NCBI GenBank assembly: GCA_965285935.1
Contig: OZ260667.1
Coordinates: forward strand, 30,318,001 to 30,382,000
Direction of reading: 5' to 3'
Length of the DNA: 64,000 bases
Source of the DNA: Ophelia neglecta
Taxonomy: Eukaryota
Both the position numbers and the translations under genes were made by a program. Below, one piece after another: positions 14,188 to 28,200 of this stretch (positions are counted from its first letter, which is position 1; each line of letters opens with the position of its first letter). Below the pieces are notes generated by a model that had not been told where the DNA came from, did not search any database, and saw nothing but the letters and a program-made list of their open reading frames with translations.

Positions 14188-15879
14188 AGGTATTTAAAAA
14201 TTGGCATTTATGTGACCGGCTGCAGTGTTTTAATTTGCAATGAAAATGAGCCCGAAATGAATTTGAAAATGTCCGTAAACATTCTGGCACAGTTTTGACT
14301 CCTTTTTGAAAATTTATAGAATTGTATACACGCCCACAAACCAAACTTGTCCATCGAAATTAGTCCATTGAATCGGTTCTAAGTCAACAGGACCCGTTCG
14401 CTGCAGACTTAAAATATCAACTTCCAGTTCCAAAAGTACATTACAGACATACGCTGATATGAATTGCAATGAAAGGTGCAGAACAGTTTTCATGGTGTTT
14501 GTCAAACAGTAAAACAAAGGATATTTGTTCATTTGTTATGAAAACCACGTTTGGGATGTGTGTAGTATACTTCGTTCAGCAGGCCCTCGTACTTTTTAGT
14601 TGAGTGTACATTTAAACTAATATATTATTTATACGTAGCAAGGGAGAGTAAAACCATCAAATGGAATGACAACTGTAGTCCATCACTCATTAGAAAGAAC
14701 CTTGCTCAACAATGCAATGTCTTCGTTCCCTCAGACAAGTGGCTGTCCCACTTAAATAATTCAAGCATGTCTTGTTTATACATCCATTTATTCGTGATAA
14801 ATGAATAGTGCCAGATGCTGGCTATCCAAATAGGTAATTAATGACTCGAAATATATCAATTACTGTTAGAGAGAGCAAATGGTACACTAGAAAGAGCCAA
14901 ATCCTTTAAATTCCCTTGTATTCATAGAGAAACAATAACCGTCCTCATCGGGTCCTCACAAGGAGTACACCTGCATTTGTTAAGGCCATAATGTTTGAAG
15001 GCATTCTGGATTGTCTTCGGCGAATAGGCTGACAAGGAAAAGGGAAGTTCATTATATTTAATAAAGGATTGGGGTTGGGTTAAAAGAAAGAACACAACGA
15101 ATATTCCCACATCTATGGCTTTCTAAACATAAAGAGGATTGCTGCCTCAAACATTATTTATTCTTTTATAGATAATCTATATTTTGATAATTTATTCGTC
15201 ATTAGTTTTTATAAGCCAGAAGCATTGGACACCGAAAAAACCTTGATTTAGGCTGGATCCGTCTTCGCCAAAGCACATCTATTATGAGATATCATGACTT
15301 TCAGGTTGGCTTGTGATTTCAGTTGCTCTCACAACCTAATAGGTTGTACAATTAAATGAATGAAAATCAATTTTTCAATGTCTTTCAAATTGAAATAGCC
15401 AAACATACTGAAAATATGTGCTAGTACAATGACTTTCATACTATAATAGCTGAAAATGCTGAAAATATGGAAAGTAGATGAGGCGCTCGCATATATTATG
15501 TTTAAAGTGTGTAAAAAAAGGAGAACAATGATTAAAATGAGAGGTAATTACTTTGCCAGGAAAATAATCAAGGTTTTCTATTTGCCACTTCCAAATCATT
15601 GATAACATAGAGGCTCATCAGCTTGGCTCCTATGCCGTTGTTCGCTGCTCGTTAAGTAAATAGAACGAACTCAAGACGAGAATACTCACGGGATTCTCAG
15701 TGCTCATCCGCAGCCTTGTACCCTCCTCGCTTGGTTTACACGAACTTTACCTAAGTAGCTCATTAATCACAAAAAAGCTCAGCATTCTACACTAGGTAAT
15801 TCATATCACAAATTTGTTGGTGAAAGCCGAGATAACCCTCTGTAGGGGGGTGTGTTAAGGCGTACCGGGGTATGTTAAA

Positions 15880-16000
15880 CGTAGGTTATGTTACTAGTAG
15901 GGGGTCAAGTGTGGAGATAGAAACAGCGTGGCTTGAAGAATTCGACATAACCTCCCATGGCATCCATCGTCCTCCGGCCCAACATAAACTGGTCCTCATT
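15880..16000 (+). mobile_element. Weak LINE APE-endonuclease remnant
   Basis: ORF 15872-16129 contains EIETAWLEE...GIHRPP (ExLWxE...GxxYRPP). Confidence 0.3.
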
Positions 16001-18689
16001 ATATCGCCATGGGCCTTATGTCAAACCGAAAGTAGGCAAAATAACACGCATTCAGAAGATAGGCCTACAGGTACATATTTTGTGAATGTGAATGGACAAG
16101 TGTTTATTATTTCATTTATGAAGATATAATTATTTATGCACTGTGAGAGAGACACTTCCTGAAGTACAATTTTGCCTTTCAATGAACACTTGATATATCT
16201 TTATGGCAGTTTATATTTCTAACATTGCTATCTAGCGCCGCATTCATTGTCAATATATTTGCGGAACATCCAAGGAAGAAAGACGCATATACCTATTGTG
16301 AGAACAAGACAATGATAACAGCAAGCCACGTTGTATCGTGGTCATTAACTTTTTTTTTGCGTATATGTGACTGATATAAACACGTTTCACTGATATATTA
16401 AAGGACACACATAAAAAAACTAACATGCATGGCAGTAAGCTAACCTTACACAACTCATATAAAGTAGGGAGAGCATGGGTTGTATATTATGAGACTTGTA
16501 ATAGAGCGCCGCAGTGTATTCGACTGCAGTAATCAGCGTGATTTATTGAACGATGCTTTTGTATAGTGTCAGCCAAGATTCGCTATTACTCCTTGGAGTC
16601 GTCGACTTATAAAAAATACAAGGAATCTTTTCAGCTCCAGTGCACAATGCATGACGTACTTGATTATCGAAACAAAAAAATGATCGAAGGCTTATCCCCA
16701 ACGTTAACAGAGAGAATTCCTTCAATTTGTATGTTGCACGCTGAACTTTGATATTCAAGCAGTATTTCAAGCACGAGGGATCGGGACAGGTATCAGAAGA
16801 ATCCAACCCAATGCCTCGCCTCGGCATATTTCTGAGGGCAAACTAATCGCGATGTCACTACGGATGTAGTTCCGAATTGATATTCTTCTAGGCTGAGGTT
16901 GGAACATCATTCGATTACTTTTGTAGGGGACTACGACCATTGGAATGATAATGGAGAACCATTTATCTTACATGGTTTTCTGCTAAGATACGATATTCTT
17001 TAGGCGAATACGCGTTGGTACTTTTGTAGAATTTACAAATCTTCTTTCTGTTTGAGATTAATATGGTGCATGATTATGCCAGATATTCCGTATTGATTGC
17101 ATGTTTATGCGTGAGAAAAAGTACATATAGCACGAAGTTTAACCGTTTTGTTGACCAAATGTTATCCCTAGCTGGTTCACTCAATACCGAAACCATAATA
17201 GAAAGAATAGACACTGGTTTGGGCAACTATAATGATATGATCTAGAAACAAAACACCAATAATCCCTTTCTGAAAATGAATGAACCAATGGTATACTAAC
17301 GTTACGTCTATGTAAACAACAACAACAATATACAGCAAAATATATCCTTCATAATTAAAAAATCTTCTTCGAACGCAATTCGTTTCAGACTGTAAATACC
17401 CTAATTATTTATGTGTTTTTTATGAGAGAGTCCACCAGACACCCACCCATATCCCCTTAGCAGGCAATCTGCCACCAAACGTCAATGGCGGAAGAAATAA
17501 CTTACCTAATTTCAAAAAGAGGGCTACGGAACGGACGTTCACTTATATGTTGACATTTATTTCCCGCGGAAAGGGCAGATCGTAAATTAAATTGTTTACA
17601 AACACATGAGGTGAAATGCGAACAGACTGTGTACGATAATGTCTACTGTAGCTTATTTTTAAAGGCACTGGCCGACTCCTGGTGAGGCTACCATAATTAC
17701 TCTTGTTACTTTCAGTTCGATGTCTCCAAAAGTAACGGAAGTAACAGATGCGCCTACGTACATCCTGACTTTGGGCTCTACTCTAATAAGGGGATTTTCC
17801 CCTCCCCAGATATACATTTAAGATTCAAGCACTGCTGTGAAGTTAATAGTTGTAAATATCTTTATCAAACACAACAGAGGCACTATGAGTCACTAGCGCT
17901 TTTATGCATAGAATCATCAAGACGAAAAAAATGAAATGATTAAGGGTGACATTGTTTTAATATGGAAATATTGTCACGTTTATTGATGTCTTTATTTTTT
18001 ATCATAACAGCTCTGCAAACATGAGTAACCACGAAAAACAAATCAGACGCTTATTCGTGACGTCCAACATTAGATGTTTTAATGAGTAATCATAATGAGA
18101 CTATTTAATCTAATCAAATCTTTATAACATACCATTTGGGGTTTGACACGGGCGGACCAAACAATACGTTAATCAGAGTGCAGGACTTGTCCCACCTCAT
18201 TACCCTGACCAATACCCAGGACCAGCTAGAACACGCGCCTTATTATTAACTTTTAACAGCATTCACCATCAATTGAAGTAGAAAAATACGGTATTATGTG
18301 TAATTCGTGCTTGGTTGTGAATAAAAATGGATATTTATGTAAGGAATTAGGTACTGGACAGTAAGGTTGATGTAAACAACACTCGACTCAGGATAATCCA
18401 TCTTTGCTAACAGAGGCTTTACTAACAGTCCCTCATATTGTGGAAAGGAGTGCATCTGTTGGCCAGACAACAGTGTTCCGCCACTCTAGTAAACCTGACC
18501 TATGAAGTCTAATACCAGATTCACTGGTATACTGACCTAAGTCTCGGATAAACTAGGCAACATACCCTGGCAATGGGGGTATGTTAGATAAATTCTTGTA
18601 TCATTTAGACTATGTGAACATAAAGCAAGATTTGTTAAGAAATCTAAATAAATGTATATTGTTCGAAATGCAATCCCCCCCCCCCCCCA

Positions 18690-19115
18690 CCCTGAAAAAA
18701 AGGAGAAAGGTTCGACCCGAGAGGAAACCCTGCCGAATGCCAAGCTGCAAAACCCGACAAAAACATGCTTCCTGTACTAGCCGTAATAGGTAATAATTAT
18801 TTCTGGTACGACACGTCATTAGCGCGCTCAAAGCATGTGCTAATCTACACACAGGATTGACGTAAACATAACTCTTCTGCAACGCCGCTTGCATTTGTAA
18901 CTCGATCAATCAAACAAAGTTGTAACTACGCATATTTCGTCCACTATGAAGCATGGGATAACTATAACTTCCTCTACTTATAGCAGCTGCTTGACGTTTC
19001 CCGGTTTTTTCGTAGTAGAGCTCTCATTCCAGCCATTGACTTCTCGCGCAGGCATTTTTCAGATTTCATCCAGGTCTAAGTGTCTGTTGAAATATCTTGT
19101 TCCTTCCGGGTGTTT
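18690..19115 (+). mobile_element. Penelope-like element, Zn-knuckle/GIY-YIG remnant
   Basis: KPCRMPSCKT (PCxxxRCKTC), then HVISALKACANLHTGLT (NVIYxIxCxxCxxxYxGxT), then LKYLVPSG (LxTLxPxGLN), in order with frameshifts. Confidence 0.45.
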
Positions 19116-19519
19116 AAAAGGTGTCACACGTGCGTGTTTAAGTGCAGGTTTAAGACTGTAATAAAGCCTGAAGGTGCCCAAATACGTGACAGAGGAAGGA
19201 GTTATAAATTCAAACTGAACCGTTATTCATTTAAGAGTTACGTAAGAAACAATCATCCGGTCATATAGTTAATTTGCCTCCTATCCACTTCCAAGGCATG
19301 CTCAGCTAACATTGTTTTTATTTGCCCGCATGTAGGATTAATTTTGTCCTTTGCGTGTGGACGATGATTGCAGATAATATTATCTAGATCAGTCAAAGGG
19401 TTCAAGGAACTTTGTAGATTTCCTAATCGGGAACAATCTGTCCTCCCACCCTTTATTTAAATTTGCGATTGAGTTGTCGGTGGCTACATATGTATATATA
19501 TAAATATATACAGATACAT

Positions 19520-21060
19520 CCTTAGCTGGCCTTGATGAGCAACTAGGGATACAAAACCTTCATGATACTTTATTGCAACGATACCTTTGGCTACTATTGA
19601 CAAGTTAGCAACAAATAGGGAGAAAACACGACGCTGCTGTTAGTGAACAGGCGTTTTTTGTTCTTTTCTTGCCAATACTGAAGGTTTTACCGCCAATCGA
19701 TGGTTCTTTGAATAGGTCTTTTGCCTATTGACTCCGTCCCTGAACACAAAGGGGTTTGAATTTCTGGCATCATGTATCATCTCCACAAAACCCAGCCGAC
19801 AGCCTTCCAAACATGCTTCCTTGCTTTATTGACCCACAGACACCGTAAAATAACAGTAAGACGATTCCTCTGCGCCCATAGCAGACTACGATTTAACGGT
19901 CTGTGGGCATCCAAGACGACTTGGGTGTGCTCTGTGCTAGAAGTGACTTGCCTTATCTTTGACAGCATTAAATTTACCAAGAAAAAAAATGTGTGTGATT
20001 TCATTACAACATGTACCAAGCAGCCTAAAGTTGGTATCATTGAGAAATAAAAGCTATTTTACATCTCTGCAACGAAACCTTGATATGTTGTAATGACATA
20101 GATGCCGATTTGGTCATGAACCCTCTCTCCCAGACTGTAGGCAAAAACTCTACATTTTGTATTCAGCCATCGTTAGTTCCCGTCACTGTGATAATAATGC
20201 GAGTTAGGCTCATTTCTTCAAAGACAATTGCTTTACCTCTGATTTATCCGAGACTATCATCTCCCTTAGGAGAGCATTGTGCATCATGCGCAGAGCGCTG
20301 CACCTCATTGAAGCACGAGGGTACAGTCGTACACTAAGACTAGAGGTTAGAAAAAAGACCTGCACCAGAGACGAAGATTAATTACTCCACAAGGGAGTCT
20401 GGACATGGCTTTCCGATGGCCAATAATATTTGTAACTCTCCTGTCTACAGACTACAAAGCCCAACCGGCCTTTAGCAGAGAGGAAACGGCGAATTGCATC
20501 CCAATTAATTTTGTTCAGTGCCGTTCTTTGTGCTATTAACCAGGAACTGTGACCTTTTTTGAATTTGTCCTCTTTCATTCAGCATTGGTCATGGAATTTG
20601 TACTAGTTTGCAGTTCGTTTGTCGAAGCGTAGCCAAGTTTGAAGTTATTAAACCGCCAAATCGTTTCTTTTGATAACCAATGCTCTTCTTGGCCCATTAA
20701 ATGAAGGATTCTTAAACCTACCTTCGAAAAACGAGTGTATGATCACGAACTATAATTAAGTGTTTATTACACATTGACTAGGAGTAATGTCCTATCAAAG
20801 TTTGTCTTTTGAGACATGGCATGTATCATCCTTTGATGTAAATGTAATGAAGATTTCGATGTTACCGCTGAGTCTCTTTCTGATGAAGGCCAGACTCCTG
20901 CTCAAGGAGCTTGGAATGTACTATGTAAACCCTATGTAGGCGTGTCCGGGCTCGGGTTGCTCTCCATCCTCAGTATAGTCGTCCAAGCTAATTGTGGCAT
21001 AGGCAGACATATCTTTGAGTACTTGGAAACCAGTTTTATGAAAACATGATAAAAATATCA
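19520..21060 (-). mobile_element. BEL/Pao LTR retrotransposon pol remnant (RT N-terminus, RNase H, integrase)
   Basis: ORF 20378-20578 has LIAQRTAL...RLGFVV...YYWPSES (AKSRVAP...RLxxxV...YYWxDS). ORF 19777-20040 has DAH...NRLTVILRCLWVNKARKHVWKAV (H..GxNxxLxxLRxxFWIxKGRxxVKK). Downstream LVAHQGQ resembles FxARRG. Upstream DDYTEDG...YIP resembles the BEL RT start. Confidence 0.55.
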
Positions 21061-22339
21061 CGGTTGCCTTCCAGTGTCTGTAATTTGGTTTTATATATTT
21101 AACTATGTTTTGGTTCAGCACTCTACGTAACTATAAATCATATATTCCTAGCGTACTAACTATGTAGGCGTCTGACATATATTACGAAGGATGGTTGTTT
21201 ACACTAGACTTGAAAAGTAGAGACTGAAGCAACAAGAAAAATGATGGTGTTGATCATTTCTTATCTCGATCTTTTCTCGAATCAGACTAATAATGGTGTG
21301 GATATTTGCGATTTAAAACATAAAGATTCACCTTAGTTGAACTTGGACTGCTCCATTTAAGGAATATTTTGGATGGGCGATTTTGGTTGGTGCAAAGGTA
21401 TCCGCTCCATTCCTTTACCTCTCAACTTACACAAACATTTACAAACTAGGCACATTGTTTCCAACTTAATGGACGTTTAACGATTTGGAATTTTCTGTGA
21501 ATTTATGTGCTAGTGCTTATTCAATATCCGTTTACCTAATTAAAGCTCATGTGGTTCGTAATGCGATGTTTTCGCGATGTTATCAATTATAACAGATGCG
21601 GAATTTTTGCCTTATTTATCGTTTGGCAATATCGTATAAAACTTGCAAATAAATAGGAAAATCTTTCCCAATAATTGATTTCTGAGCATGACAGAGTTTT
21701 TAGAAATGTGCATTTTGCTTGTTCGTGTCTGAACAACAATTAAAGCCAAAATTCATCCATGCAGGAAAAAACAGCCTCGAAACGTGATTCTTTATACAGT
21801 TTGAATTATATGTTGCAAAGGGAAAACGGGCCAGTAAACCAAAAGCAGATCTATAAATTGAAACTATAGCCTTAATCACGAAACTCAAATGTAAAATCAA
21901 TATATTTTAGCTCCGAGATTGTAATTCCTCCTGAAGCAGGGATGAGGGTAAAAATCATATAGGATTGTTTAAACAGAGAAAACTCGGCAGAGAACCAATT
22001 TCTTAAAATTGGACGGTGCATATAATGGATGAATTTCTTTTAATAGCGGATGGCCAAGGAAAAATTACAAGGCAAACTAGAAATTACTCCAGAGCGGCGA
22101 GTAAACTCAATATAATTGGTGTTTAACTCGTTTGATGCAACAAACCAGCGGGAAGCCTTATTAACCTCCCATAGTCCATCCATCATACCATATTGACCAT
22201 TTGACTATTTTTCTCTGCCCATTAAAGCTATTCGTCTATAAGCAGCCTTCTGCGCTGCTTGTATATATTAATAGGTAAGAGAATCTTTAATTATATTATA
22301 TTGAAAATATAATTACATTAGCATTTGAGCCAAATGTCT

Positions 22340-22780
22340 TTTTCCTGACCGAAAACAAATGTTTATGAATACCCGGCAGAGAAACCAAACTTATTAATTA
22401 GAAATAAATGATTAAATCGATCTCATTCATCGATAATCCTCAGCTTGAATATCAATTTTCAACAGCATACAAAAAACTATCCATTTCTTTATGTCAGGTA
22501 GTCAACAATTTCCACGATGAGAATCACACCACTTAACAAACTAGTCAGTTGTCACCCTAGAAAAAAACACTTAAATGTCTACGATAGCCTGGGCCTTCTT
22601 ATAATGTTAGAACACATGTGACATTGTTGTTTAAAAGACGTATGTCTATTCAAGAATATAAATCTCCTTGCAGTCTGATGAGGAATTAGTTTTATACTTT
22701 CGCGATGAAACAATATAAATGATGTTAGCCTTGTAAATCCGGTAGTCGATCCAGTTGAAAAGGGATTGAACATGCTTCAT
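22340..22780 (-). mobile_element. Weak L1/Tx1-like RT remnant
   Basis: VILIVEIVDY...LKIDIQA...NKFGFS resembles LIxDIIxY...xxLDFEKA...LxKFGF. Confidence 0.28.
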
Positions 22781-23399
22781 TCAGTCTGTTTAAAGTCTGT
22801 TTTATTTATAAATGTGAACTTCTAGTTAATATACTTCCTGATTAAATGTTACAACCCTTTGATTGTTCAAATTAACCATATATATGCAGAATCTAAGACA
22901 AGATAATAATCATTAGAGAGCAATAAAAAGACCCAGGTTATCGTGCGTGCTGCAAAAAAAAGTCCTCAACTTTAATGTTAAATGGCAACCAGAACAAAAA
23001 CTCGGGACAAATGCGTTCAGACAGGTCTTCTTGAACTGATGATGCTAATAATATATTTTTAACAACCAAAGATTATGAATCGAAGGCCCAGGAGAAGGCA
23101 ATAGCATTGAGAAATTGTAGCAGACAAACATGAAGTGAAAAAAATCCCGCAGAGGTTATCTACTAGAGACCAAAATGTTGCCCAATTAATTCCCTAGATT
23201 TTCGATAATTAAGCACTTTCCCAGAGGGATATTAATATTCGGCGCTGTGATGTTCACTTTGGCGCTGCTGCTTTGGCAGGTACTGGGACGGCGGGGGTGG
23301 ACCTTGCTAAGCACCGGATGATGTTTTCTCGCAGTGCAGCGCCGGAAGCACAGCACTACATGCAGGAACAATCCTAGCTTGATCGCGTTGAGTAGGTGC

Positions 23400-23990
23400 C
23401 GTTATGTAGTGTCTGGAGTTATCTTGTGCCTTATCAAGGAAGAAAAACCTCGGATAAATGAAACTCAGCCACTTAGATATATCTTCAGCGGCACGAGGAA
23501 CCTTAAATCCATTGAGCATTTACAAGTGGATTGATATGACAGGATGACAGATACGTAAATGCTGCCGTCCGAGACCAAGAAATCTAAGCTCCTAAAGACG
23601 CCTGTCCATTGTATCCTCATACAGAAAGTTCACCATCCGGGAACCTTACCTTAGTCTGTGCAATTACTCGGCATTCCCTCCATCACGTTTTCTACATTTT
23701 GGGCCAAACCCCTTCCAATCGTCCGTTGAACAAGATGGTCAAGGAAGGGCAATTAATGTATAAACAGACTATTCTCCTCTTTTCGTAGGCCCCCGTGCTT
23801 GGCATACGAGACCTCAAACCAAACGACCTAGTCGCTAGTGTTAATGAACCCAATTCAAACAAGTTTAAGGTACACGTCATTAGCCAACTGTTTTCTTATG
23901 GCTGTTCAAGCACTCTCTGCTAAAGAGATGCCGAGTTTGTGGATCTGTTACAACTGTATATACACGCTGAAGTAATTACGTGTAGACAGA
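23400..23990 (-). mobile_element. Penelope-like RT remnant
   Basis: IQLY.IHKLGI (SLYTNIPHxxG), TLNLFELG (LTxNxFxFxG) and LDFLVSDGSI (FLDxxVxxxDGxI), in order across frameshifts. Confidence 0.4.
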
Positions 23991-24339
23991 CACTTCCAAG
24001 CTTAGACCACGTGCAAAACCTCATGAGCGGCATGAAAAGGCCTACCATGTGAAAGACAGTAGTTTGATGTTAGAACCGATAGTAAGAGGTAAAATAAGTA
24101 GGCTATTATGTCTAATCTGACTTCAGTTAGTTGAAGAGAGTTTGCCGATTGGCTCTGTGTGCCTTGGGAAAATAGCACTCAACACTCTGAAGTGGTCGAA
24201 AAATAACAGCAACTGTAAAGTCCGCTGTCAGGGGGCTGACTTGCCCACAACAGCGCTAAGCGGTATCGAGTTGCTTAATGACATCGACAGATCTTTGTTA
24301 AATCATTGCCAGGAGGTTTGTCTTACCTTGCTGAGTATG

Positions 24340-24565
24340 ACATGTCTTGTTGTTACATGTATATTCACCTAATCAAACCCAATTTACGTAGGGCAGGCCA
24401 AACAGCGCGCGCCGAGTACAAACCGCTTTTTGAGACAATTTCATCTTGGGTCTACAAATCTTGAGAGAACTGAGACCATCATAGACTCTCAAGGGGCATA
24501 TGCAGATTTCATCTGATTCGACGAGACAGCTTGAAAGATAATGACAATCCAATTGGGGTTTAAGG
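24340..24565 (+). mobile_element. Weak Penelope-like GIY-YIG remnant
   Basis: LVVTCIFT*SNPIYVGQAKQR (VVYxIxCxxCxxxYVGQT), later NPIGV (PxGLN-like). Confidence 0.3.
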
Positions 24566-25730
24566 CTGAGGAAATCGAAAGCATGATTTTCTTAACACGT
24601 ACGGCACCCGTAATTGTTTAATGGTAAAACCGCCAATTTCCTAGTACATATATGTATAGCTAGTCTAACTAATGCTTTTCAATATGGGATTAGGAAACGT
24701 TCAGATCGGAATGATATTTCAACTTTTATACAGAGTCCTGTCAATGTATCAGATGAACTGACGAATGCATGACACAAATATAAACGTGTACCACAATCTG
24801 ATTAGCAATGAATATTTGTTGTTACACCAATATTTAGGCCACACTTTAACTTTCCTTTTTATAAGCTAATTCATAAACGTTTATTTGCAAATAGATAGAA
24901 GATTTGTTCGTGGCCTTATTGAAGACTGTTTCATTAACGGCAATTTTACCCTCCCAATTAACCGACTGTCAAAACCATGTGCATTTAGGGCATAATATTA
25001 TGTGTATTTGATTCTCCTTTTTGGTGGAATAAAAGACAACAACAAAATTGCAATGAATATCCACCTAGTCTGTCAGATATGAATAGGTTAAGCATAACTA
25101 CTACACCAATATAAACTAAGTAACATGTATACATTTTCAACCCGTAAACATATCGAAAACTTTATTTTTGTGGTCAAAAGGTTATGGTGCTTTGCGTATT
25201 GACTTGAAACTACCGCGAAAATCCTATCGTGTCAGATAACAAGCAAAATATTATACAGTGTTGAGGGTATATTCGGTGCCCACTTTCCACATAGCTTGCG
25301 CGAGATATTTGATCAAGAATAGCGCTAGCAGCAATGTTAGGTTTTTTTCAGCTGGGAAATATTTCCCTGGCCCGCGTGCATGAAATGATGCCGATTTATA
25401 GAAAAAAAACTTATTGGCCTGTTCCTGTAGATTGATGAAAGTTTACAGGACAGCTCTAAACTAACAGCCAAATCCAGAAAAATGCAACGCCAGCCAATAT
25501 TACCCAGAACCAGGGACCAAGGAATGAGGCAAGCCAATCCCCGGGTGTTTGAATCGCACAATACGCGTTGGATATAACCTTTTTAAGCATTTGGCATAGG
25601 CCTTCTGGTCTACTGGTTTTGAAATTCCAAATATACAAATATTACTGTCGGATGAAATATGTTCCTCAACTGTACTGCGGAATGAGGGTATACACAAAAT
25701 GGTAGTAAAACTAGTAAATTGATATTGAAA

Positions 25731-26166
25731 CCCCTTGGGGGGGGGGGGGGCGGGGGTGATCCCTTATGTTAACTATTTTATCCTAATTGGGCGGAGTGTG
25801 GCTTGACGTTCTGAAATCATACCCTTGGCTAGAGCAAAAAACATACCCTTGGTGAGGAGAATCGGACAAAATACGTGTCATTGGTTATGATAGGGAAACC
25901 TTACAAAAAGCTAATCTTGTAATAAGGTCTATAAGTAAACCTATCTTATTTAGGCAGGATTGCCTTGCCTTAAATATCACTATATATATGTACAAAAAAG
26001 ACCACGTAGTGCTTCTTCATGCATTATCATAAGGATAATGACACGCTGAGATGATTTATAGAGGGACTTGTCAGAAAACATTGGCTAGGGAGATTTTAAA
26101 CAGTCCTTTCCTGCCGACACACTCGTACTATGGCCAACATACGAAGTACCCCCCCCCCCCCCCCCC
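25731..26166. mobile_element. Non-autonomous DNA element with G-tract/C-tract termini
   Basis: Starts cccc-tt-G14-c-G5 and ends aagtac-C-tract, so the termini are complementary. Internal direct repeats catacccttgg at 25818 and 25842, plus degenerate cattggtta and cattggcta. Resembles the CCCGGGGGG...GTACCCCCCGGG elements common in marine invertebrates. Superfamily not assigned. Confidence 0.55.
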
Positions 26167-27379
26167 TATCCTCTCCCCCAGTTATACCTTTCCTTTCACA
26201 AGCACAACGAATATATGATGTACAGTGTGTGTATTGGGCGGCACTGTGTAAGGTTATCGCTATTCTGCCTCAGCAAACACGGACTACATAACACCGAGGG
26301 AGCTAGACGTGATAAACAGTCGTCATTGGAGCACAGACTCTTAGCGAATAAACCAGATGTCGTTCTTACACCTCATTTTTACGCCTTTTATGTCTATTGC
26401 CTTGAGGTTCAAAATACCATAAACATAAAACTTGAGCAAACAAGCAGCAAATGCAATTTTCCAATCGATGGGAAATGTGTGGCACAATGCCGATTTTTTT
26501 AAATGGCCATTGTGTATATAACGTGGTCATTAAGCAGCCAGTGTCTTGCAGATGCATCGACGCTAGGAGCAAAAGGTTAGATCAATATAATTTGCTTCTT
26601 TGTATTGTAGCAACATGTCATTATTATGTTCGAACAAGGTAAATTGATAAAAAAAAATTACTGGAATGTGACATGAAGTAAGGTGGCTCCAGACAAATTG
26701 GCAACCGTACCTTCTGCGAGGAAATATTATGCACTTCCCGTTTCGAAGGCTACCATTTTAAAAACAAACTGATTGCATTAAATGTCTCTTGCGAATTTAA
26801 AACATTTCCGAAGAGTAGCACTAAAATGAAGTGTGGATGTCGCAGACCCGCGGGGCTAGTGAGATAAGCGGGCCAATCACTGAATGTCAGGGAAATGTGT
26901 CTAAGCCTTGAACGGCTTGATTAATGTTCTTGCGATGGACGCCTTTCTATGAACAACTATCTAGACACAGCCAGGGCAACGCTCTGGAATGGATTATCAT
27001 ACTCTATAGCATCATATTGGGCTGAATTCGTTTCAGCAACTTACATAGCTTCGATATGATTTGAATTAACATAGATATATATAAATTTTCGAGGTCAGGT
27101 GTTATGCTGTTGCCAATTACACAGTTGTATATAGTGTTAGACCGTCACATGATGGCCAATCCGATGCGCGGGAAAAACGTTTGCAGTGGAATCATCTATT
27201 TACTATATCACTTAAGTTACTGATACTACCACTATCGTATCAATATTTAGGAATCAGTGTCGGTAACGGTTTAAATTGACTACTTCAATACCATCCTTGT
27301 TTATGCCGAGAGCTATAGGATGTAGAAAATGGCACAAATTTACAAAATGTAAGATTGTATTCAGGATATTTTGTTTTTA

Positions 27380-28200
27380 ATGGCTCAATGTTGGAATTGT
27401 GGACTGGATTAAAAATATAAAGTGTGAACATCCAGGTATTATTACTTGCACATGTGTTTTAATGGTCCTTAGCCGTTCGGTTAACTGGATATGCCAAACC
27501 TGCATGCAAGGGCCCCAACTGCCATTTGAAGTGATGCATAGCTGCTTAGTCATAATATTTCACTTTAATTTAAATGTCTGCAGTAATAACATTGCTATGG
27601 ACCAAAGCTTCCGGGCTTCCTAAATAGATATTAAGTGGATTATCCTGGAAGGTAATATATTATCAGCAAACTGGCATAATTATCCTCATGATCAGAGATT
27701 GCCTTGAAACTTGCATGAGCTAAACCCAACTCACACGCAATGTAGTCGACCGACCCTGACTAGCAGGATGCATATTTATGCTTTGGTGGCATTTGCTGTC
27801 ACAGGCAGTCACTCAATCTAAATAAATTCCTCATATTACACTTGTTACGGTAGGGTCGAATGATCTCTCTAATTTTACATCATAATGCCACCAAAGTGAC
27901 TTCATATGTATTAACCTCTAATATTGGCTCTAGGCACATACCTTTCAAACACATTCACTCGTTATCCTTCTCCGAGATGTCGTATACTTAAGTGTGATTA
28001 CGTGGCTCAGGTCACCTCATATCACCCAACACATTAATAGCTGATAAAAACTTAAATGGCTAAAGGAATTTCAATAATTTAACGGACCATTTTCCTTATC
28101 GGGTTCGAGACTCTTTAACGTGTATATAACCTAAAGGCATTAAGACTACAACTGCAACAATTTGCTTAAAGAAAAACAGCGGCCACCCGGTAGACGAAGA
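27380..28200 (+). mobile_element. LINE remnant: PHD finger plus fragment of RT C-terminal region
   Basis: QCWNC..WIKNIKC...VNWICQTC...LPF (27380-27535) fits the CxxCxxWxHxKC...WxCxxC...LPF PHD finger of CR1/L2-group LINEs. At about 28068, AKGISII*RTIFL...TL*RVYN resembles SKGIGILxR...TLxxLY. Confidence 0.45.

Noticed and set aside
20880-20920. CTGATGA followed by a hairpin, possible hammerhead ribozyme
   Set aside because: Lacks the GAAA core and stems I and III. It lies antisense within the BEL remnant.
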